Shown here piece after piece: positions 58,910-64,000 of a stretch of DNA of 64,000 nt. The stretch is from Selaginella moellendorffii (lineage: Eukaryota; Plantae; Lycopodiophyta): the NCBI RefSeq assembly GCF_000143415.4, contig NW_003314281.1:918833-982832 (forward strand), read 5' to 3'. Under the pieces are notes generated by a model. That model searched no databases. It had not been told where the DNA came from and saw only the letters and a list, made by a program, of their open reading frames with translations. Numbering within the stretch: position 1 is the first letter of the stretch; each line of letters begins with the position of its first letter. The translations under genes and the position numbers were made by a program.

Positions 58910-60655
58910 ATGCCGGGAGTGTTGATCGATGATATGCCCTTCTCGCTGGATCATCCCGCCTCCACATCGCCATTCTTGGACAATCTCTCGCCGCTCTCAT
59001 CGCCCTCTTCCCCCTTCCACCAGATGCATCACCACCACCACCACCACCTCCACCAGCAAAGCAGCAGTCTTTTGGAATCCATAATGGCCACCGTCTCTTC
59101 TCCCACCTCGTCCTCTCCGCCGTCCTCTCCGGTGGACAGTCCGCGCGGCACCTCGCACGACGCCGCGCTGTCTACCGTGCTGCACCGCTTCCTACCGTCC
59201 AACAACAGCGATGAAGCGACCTGGAGCGCCGAGGACGTCTACTCTTGCGACGAGTTCCGGATGTTCGAGTTCAAGGTCCGGCGGTGTATGCGCGGCCGGA
59301 GCCACGACTGGACCGAGTGTCCGTTCGCTCATCCGGGCGAGAAGGCTCGGCGGAGAGATCCGCGGCGGTTTCACTACTCGGGCACTGCTTGCCCGGACTT
59401 CCGCAAGGGGAGCTGCAAGAACGGCGACGCCTGCGAGCTGGCGCACGGCGTGTTCGAGTGCTGGCTGCATCCCGCGCGGTACCGCACGCAGCCGTGCAAG
59501 GATGGCCGGAGCTGCAAGAGGAGAGTGTGCTTCTTTGCGCACACGTCCGAGCAGCTCCGCCTTCTTCCCCAGGTCTCGCAGGCCATGAGCAATTCGCCTT
59601 CTTCCACTACGCCCTCTTCCTCCTCGCCACCCTCTTCTTCCTCCTCAAACGCGCTCTTCTCGTCCTCGCCGTGTTCTTCGTCGCCATCGCTGCCCTCTTC
59701 TTTCTGCGCCACCACCTCGCCGGATTCCTTCTCCTCCGCCCCCTTCGTGGGCTCTCCCTGCTCGCCGCGAAGATCTTCCGCCTCGGCCGCGGCATCGCTC
59801 CTCCGGAGCTTCAGCGACAAACCATTCGCGGGCTCGTCGCCGTCGCTTGGCTTGGATTCCTTCGAGCCCTCCAGCGCCATGTCGACGTCGTACTGCTGCT
59901 GCCACCAGGGCCCGCAACAGCAGTCGTCTCGGGCAGTGGCGGCATGCAGCGCGGCACGCCTCATCTCCTCCCCGACCTCCACTCTCGTCGGCCTCGCGCA
60001 GTCTCCACCGCCGCTCTCCCCGCCACTCTCGCCGTCGCAGTCGCCGCCCATGTCGCCCTCGGCGGTACCGCGGCGTCACCTCGACACCCGCCGCCTCGGC
60101 TTCGCGTCCGCGCCGTCCAGCCCCGCCACCAGCCACCATCCGCTCCACAATAAGGCCATGTGCGATCTCGTCACCGCGCTCCAGCAGCTCGAGCTCCAGA
60201 AGTCGGTTACCGTGCCGCACGTCGCGGGCGGTATGCAGCACGGTACCGCCGGGTGGGTCCAGTGCAGCCCGCAGTACAGCAGCGGCCCCAGCCCGCTCCG
60301 GCCGGGGGCGAGCGCGGGGAGCTGGGCACCGCCGTGCGCCGTACCGCGCGGTACGAGCGTCAGCCTGCCGTGTACCCCGACCAAGCCGACGAGGTGGGAC
60401 ACAATGTGGGAGATGGAGATGGGCGAGGAGGATCTTTTGGAGGAGCAGGAGATGCTATCGATGCCGGTGCCAAGGGTGGAATCGGGCAGGGATTTGCGAG
60501 CAAAGATCTATGGGAGGCTGGCGACCAAGGTGATTGGAAGTGGTGGAAATGGTGGTGGTGGTGGCGAGAGTAGCGGACTGGGGATCGGGTACGAGGCTGG
60601 AATTGGAGAGCCAAGCCCGGATCTGAATTGGGTGAACGATCTGGTGACCGAGTGA
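58910..60655 (+). CDS. RR-TZF tandem CCCH zinc-finger protein, intronless
   Basis: [35 protein letters not shown]; [19 protein letters not shown]; [16 protein letters not shown]; RVESGRDLR; [10 protein letters not shown]. Confidence 0.95.
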   Translation: MPGVLIDDMPFSLDHPASTSPFLDNLSPLSSPSSPFHQMHHHHHHHLHQQSSSLLESIMATVSSPTSSSPPSSPVDSPRGTSHDAALSTVLHRFLPSNNSDEATWSAEDVYSCDEFRMFEFKVRRCMRGRSHDWTECPFAHPGEKARRRDPRRFHYSGTACPDFRKGSCKNGDACELAHGVFECWLHPARYRTQPCKDGRSCKRRVCFFAHTSEQLRLLPQVSQAMSNSPSSTTPSSSSPPSSSSSNALFSSSPCSSSPSLPSSFCATTSPDSFSSAPFVGSPCSPRRSSASAAASLLRSFSDKPFAGSSPSLGLDSFEPSSAMSTSYCCCHQGPQQQSSRAVAACSAARLISSPTSTLVGLAQSPPPLSPPLSPSQSPPMSPSAVPRRHLDTRRLGFASAPSSPATSHHPLHNKAMCDLVTALQQLELQKSVTVPHVAGGMQHGTAGWVQCSPQYSSGPSPLRPGASAGSWAPPCAVPRGTSVSLPCTPTKPTRWDTMWEMEMGEEDLLEEQEMLSMPVPRVESGRDLRAKIYGRLATKVIGSGGNGGGGGESSGLGIGYEAGIGEPSPDLNWVNDLVTE

Positions 60656-61913
60656 CATGGATGGATGATCCGACCCAACGCGCGCTTGGCGATTTCTCTC
60701 TATACAGGCATTTTTCGATTCTTTTTTTAAGATTTATTCAGTAGGAGCAAGCAAGCAGGAGTAGCAGCAAAAGACTCAAGAGACGATGGATTGAAGAAAA
60801 CAAAAACAAGGGAAGAGTTTCTCAGGAACTGAGGTGCTTTGGTTCCGGATCAAGCAAAGGCAAGAGGGGTGAACCGATTTAACTCGGAGGAGGTACTAGT
60901 TTAACGATATTGAAGAAAAATTTGAGAAAGTTGGCAGAGGAGTTGTGGTATATGATGTTTATAGGAGGGATGGAGCTAGTAGATCTCTTTCTGTAGTTTG
61001 GGGGTTCTCTTTTTTTTCGTTCCTTCTTTCTTGCTCACTTGGTTGGATGAAGATCCTCCAAGTCTATGTTTATTTCTTGAATTTTTTTGTGTACATGTTT
61101 TTTTGCAAGCTGGTCTTTTCCATTTTTTCTTTATGTAAATAATATATACTATATATACTATATAAATGCCTTTTTAACGCGTTTCTCTCGCGAAGAAATT
61201 GGACCCTCATGTTAGTAGCTCTGGAAAATGACACCAAAAACGACTGACTGTAGCTAATAAAAGTAGAAAGTGGAAGTAAGAACAACACGAGGTCTTTGAT
61301 CATCAACATCAGCAACGAAAAAAACTATGGAAAACAAAAGTTAATAAAAAAAAAGCATGAAGAGTTTCAAGTCTTTCAAGCAACTCTCTCTACCTGGTTG
61401 GTCTTAAAGCCGGAGGCCTTTTTTTGCTTGACGAGACGAGATTCGGAAGGAGAAGATATCTGGGCTGTACAATGTACATAGATATAGAATCACGAGGATC
61501 AAGACATCAGCACCTATAGCAACTATTATGGATAGATTTAATCAAACAATCTCGAGCTTGATATTCTTGGGCGAGTGAGGGACCATCCTGAGCCTTGAAA
61601 GCGACTGGCTTGCGCCGTGGCGGAGGTGTTGATCACTCTAGGAGAGCTTTCCAAGTCAAAACAACCAACAAAGTCTTTGAGATAGGCCTTTGCGTGTGAA
61701 GGATAGGGAGAGCTTGATGTCCAGTTAGCCTTATCTGCACTTGTTGCTTGGATGGTGACTAAAGCTATAGGTTTCTTGAGAGGCGTATTAGTTATAAGAG
61801 CTTCCATCTTTTAGCTGTGATTTAGAGGCCACAACCCGTGACTTCCTCGGGCTATGCGATTGAATCCATTATGGAAGACCAGGATACTCGGGCATCCTTT
61901 CGATTGATTGCAT

Positions 61914-62108
61914 GGAGCACAGGGCGTGGAGCGTGGAGCTTGGCGTTTGGAGTTTTAGGAGCGTGAAGGTTTGGAGTTTTTGGAGCTTGGGTGGATCGCC
62001 TGGGTGGTGCTGGTTGGAGCTTACTGGAGCTTTTCGAGTGTGGAGTTGATCCTTTTTGGAGCTTGGAGCTTGTGGAGCAAGCGTGGCTTGGAGTTTTTGG
62101 AGCGTGGA
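61914..62108. repeat. Degenerate GGAGC/GGAGT short tandem repeat tract
   Basis: More than 12 copies of TGGAG(C/T)-like units (ggagcgtg, ggagcttg, ggagtttt). Confidence 0.65.
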
Positions 62109-62496
62109 ACTATGAACTTGTATAGATATCGGAATTCAAGTGTACAACAACGTATTTGAACCTGGTGCTCGTAGAAGCAGAAGGTGAAGAGTTTGGATAT
62201 GGTATATAGAAATAGTACGCTGGACTTGTGCTTTATAGAGTGGGGATACACAATCTACAAAATAGCTCATTATTTGCTATTAAAAAGGATTTAAAACATA
62301 TAATATGTGTAGCAAATAGTTTTTTTAATCACAAGATAATATTAAGAAAGCCAAAACCAATATGAAATTTTGAATGTTTCAGAATTCCATGAGGCGAACT
62401 TTCATTTCAGCTTGGGTCACATTTGAGATTATTAAACCTTGAATAGTTTATGCTTGAAACAATCACAGTGTTTGTAAGAACTTGGGACTTTGTTCG

Positions 62497-64000
62497 TCAC
62501 TGGGTTATGTAAGGTTGGGTGTTGTCGAGCAGCATCAAGGCCGACGAGATTCCATACACAGCCTGCCACTGCACAACATCGTAAACCGATGCTACAAGCC
62601 TCCCACTTCCCTGGGGATCCTCGGCAAACGGTGATCCCAGCTCCGCTAGAGTGGCCCCGACAGCCTTTTTTATCCCTTTGCGAGCTTTGACCACGAGTTT
62701 GTCGCTGGAATCACTGCCCGTCACAAGAACCATCTGCTGCTCGCTCTTTTCCTCGTGGAGCTGTGCCACTCCACTCAACCAGTCCAGCACTGCGACCTGT
62801 GCTGCTCCCAGTGACAATCCTCCGAGATCCAGCAGAAGCTTCATCTTGGTGAGCTTTGGCCTCTTGTACCACGGGAGTAAGCTCCTGGCTGCTACCATCA
62901 CTGACTTTGCCCGGCGTTTCAATCCTTTCCTCCACAGCCCGTCCATGAGCGAGTTGTAAAACGAAAGGTTGGCCTCTGCGTCTTTGGTTTGAGCCAACTT
63001 CTGAAGGAAGGCCATGACGTCCTTCGGCAAGTCCGCTATGCTACCTTCCAGCAGCGACTCGCAGCTCTCGTACAAAGGCAGGAACATAAGCTGGTAGACT
63101 ATCCTGCACGTCTCCCACCGGCTAGTCTCCAGCGTTCTCACCAGTGGCATGATCTCCGGCGAGGAATCACCGCATGCCGCTATCAGTACTCCGTATCCTG
63201 GAACACCTGGCTCGATGTCTTCGCTGTCCATTTCACTCAGAATATTGGCGGCTTCCGTGTACCACTCCCCACGAATATATAGGTGCAGCATTGCATTGTA
63301 TGCCACCGCAGTGATTTGACAGTTGCTCCTCATTGTAACACAAACCTGTAATGCGGATAAAGATAAAGGGTGTCAGCACAACCAAAAGGTATGGGATCAC
63401 CTCATGTCCCGATCTTGTCCAGCCCTTCATTGCGTATGCGTGAATCATTGACGTGTATGTATGTGCTGTTGGAGAGATTTTCAGTCGCAGCATCCTCTTG
63501 TAGAGCTCTTCTGCTTTAGCACACCTCCCGCTCCTCACAAGTGCTGTGATGGCCGACGTATAAGTTATAGCATTGGCTTTCAGCCCCGAGCCACACACCT
63601 CGTTGTACAATTGCATGGCTTGGAGGTGAAGCCCAGCCTTGGCACATGCGTCCAGTAAAATGTTATAGACAATTAGAGAAGGTTTTGCAATCTGCCACAA
63701 GAAACACAACGATGTAATAAACATCAGCTGTAAGATACAAGTACCTGTTTGGATTCACGGAAGATGGTGAAAGCCTGATCCAAGCAGCCAGCTTTGCAAT
63801 AAGCAAGGAGCAACTGTTCATAGCACGTCGAGTTGGCTTTCAGTCCTGCCTGTTTTAGCATTTGAAACAGCTGCTGGGTCCGAGTGTGGTTTCCTTTTTG
63901 CGCGTGGAGCTGCATCAACTTTACAAGCACCTGAAACAAAACAACACCTTGCACTTTTGAAATGGTTTTAACAGTACCAAAATCCTACCTTGGAATCAGC
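62497..64000 (-). CDS. P-class PPR protein with C-terminal SMR domain (pTAC2-like); 3' part only, runs off the window
   Basis: 35-aa P motifs (IVYNILLDACAKAG, TYTSAITAL, FYNSLMDGLW); SMR motif LDLGGLSLGAAQVAVLDWL...VLVTG; spliced. Confidence 0.85.

Overview
Gene-dense eukaryotic (land plant) nuclear DNA with very short introns (mostly ~45-65 nt) and tiny intergenic gaps. The combination of an intronless microbial-type terpene synthase (MTPSL), many PLS PPR genes built from tandem 31-aa short motifs, and extreme compaction points to a lycophyte, most likely Selaginella (inference). About 23 intact protein genes are recognisable: MTPSL; five PLS PPRs (one with DYW); a partial PPR-SMR; plastid SecY; DPM1; a SAM-domain protein; CUL3 plus a divergent CUL3 paralogue; MOG1; ALKBH6; two Pro-rich HMA (HIPP/Pi21-like) genes; NBR1; DUF3727; a small TM protein; Tpt1; myosin VIII; katanin p80; an AAK1-like kinase; DUF3754; and an RR-TZF. 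There is also pseudogene debris: a rearranged DUF3754 copy and a frameshifted P-loop ATPase with a partial duplicate. The most notable observations are: (1) a mirror-symmetric HMA>/<PPR|PPR>/<HMA cassette whose HMA proteins lack CaaX, one being a His/Cys-rich protein with two C-terminal TM helices and the other preceded by ten helically phased W-box cores; (2) a CUL3 paralogue with an intact catalytic end but substituted BTB-adaptor helices; (3) MOG1 and ALKBH6 start codons only 29 bp apart across a telo-box palindrome; (4) an intron-split start codon and several GC-AG introns; (5) an internally inverted gene copy that could generate dsRNA. Exon boundaries were read by eye and coordinates may be off by a few bases.
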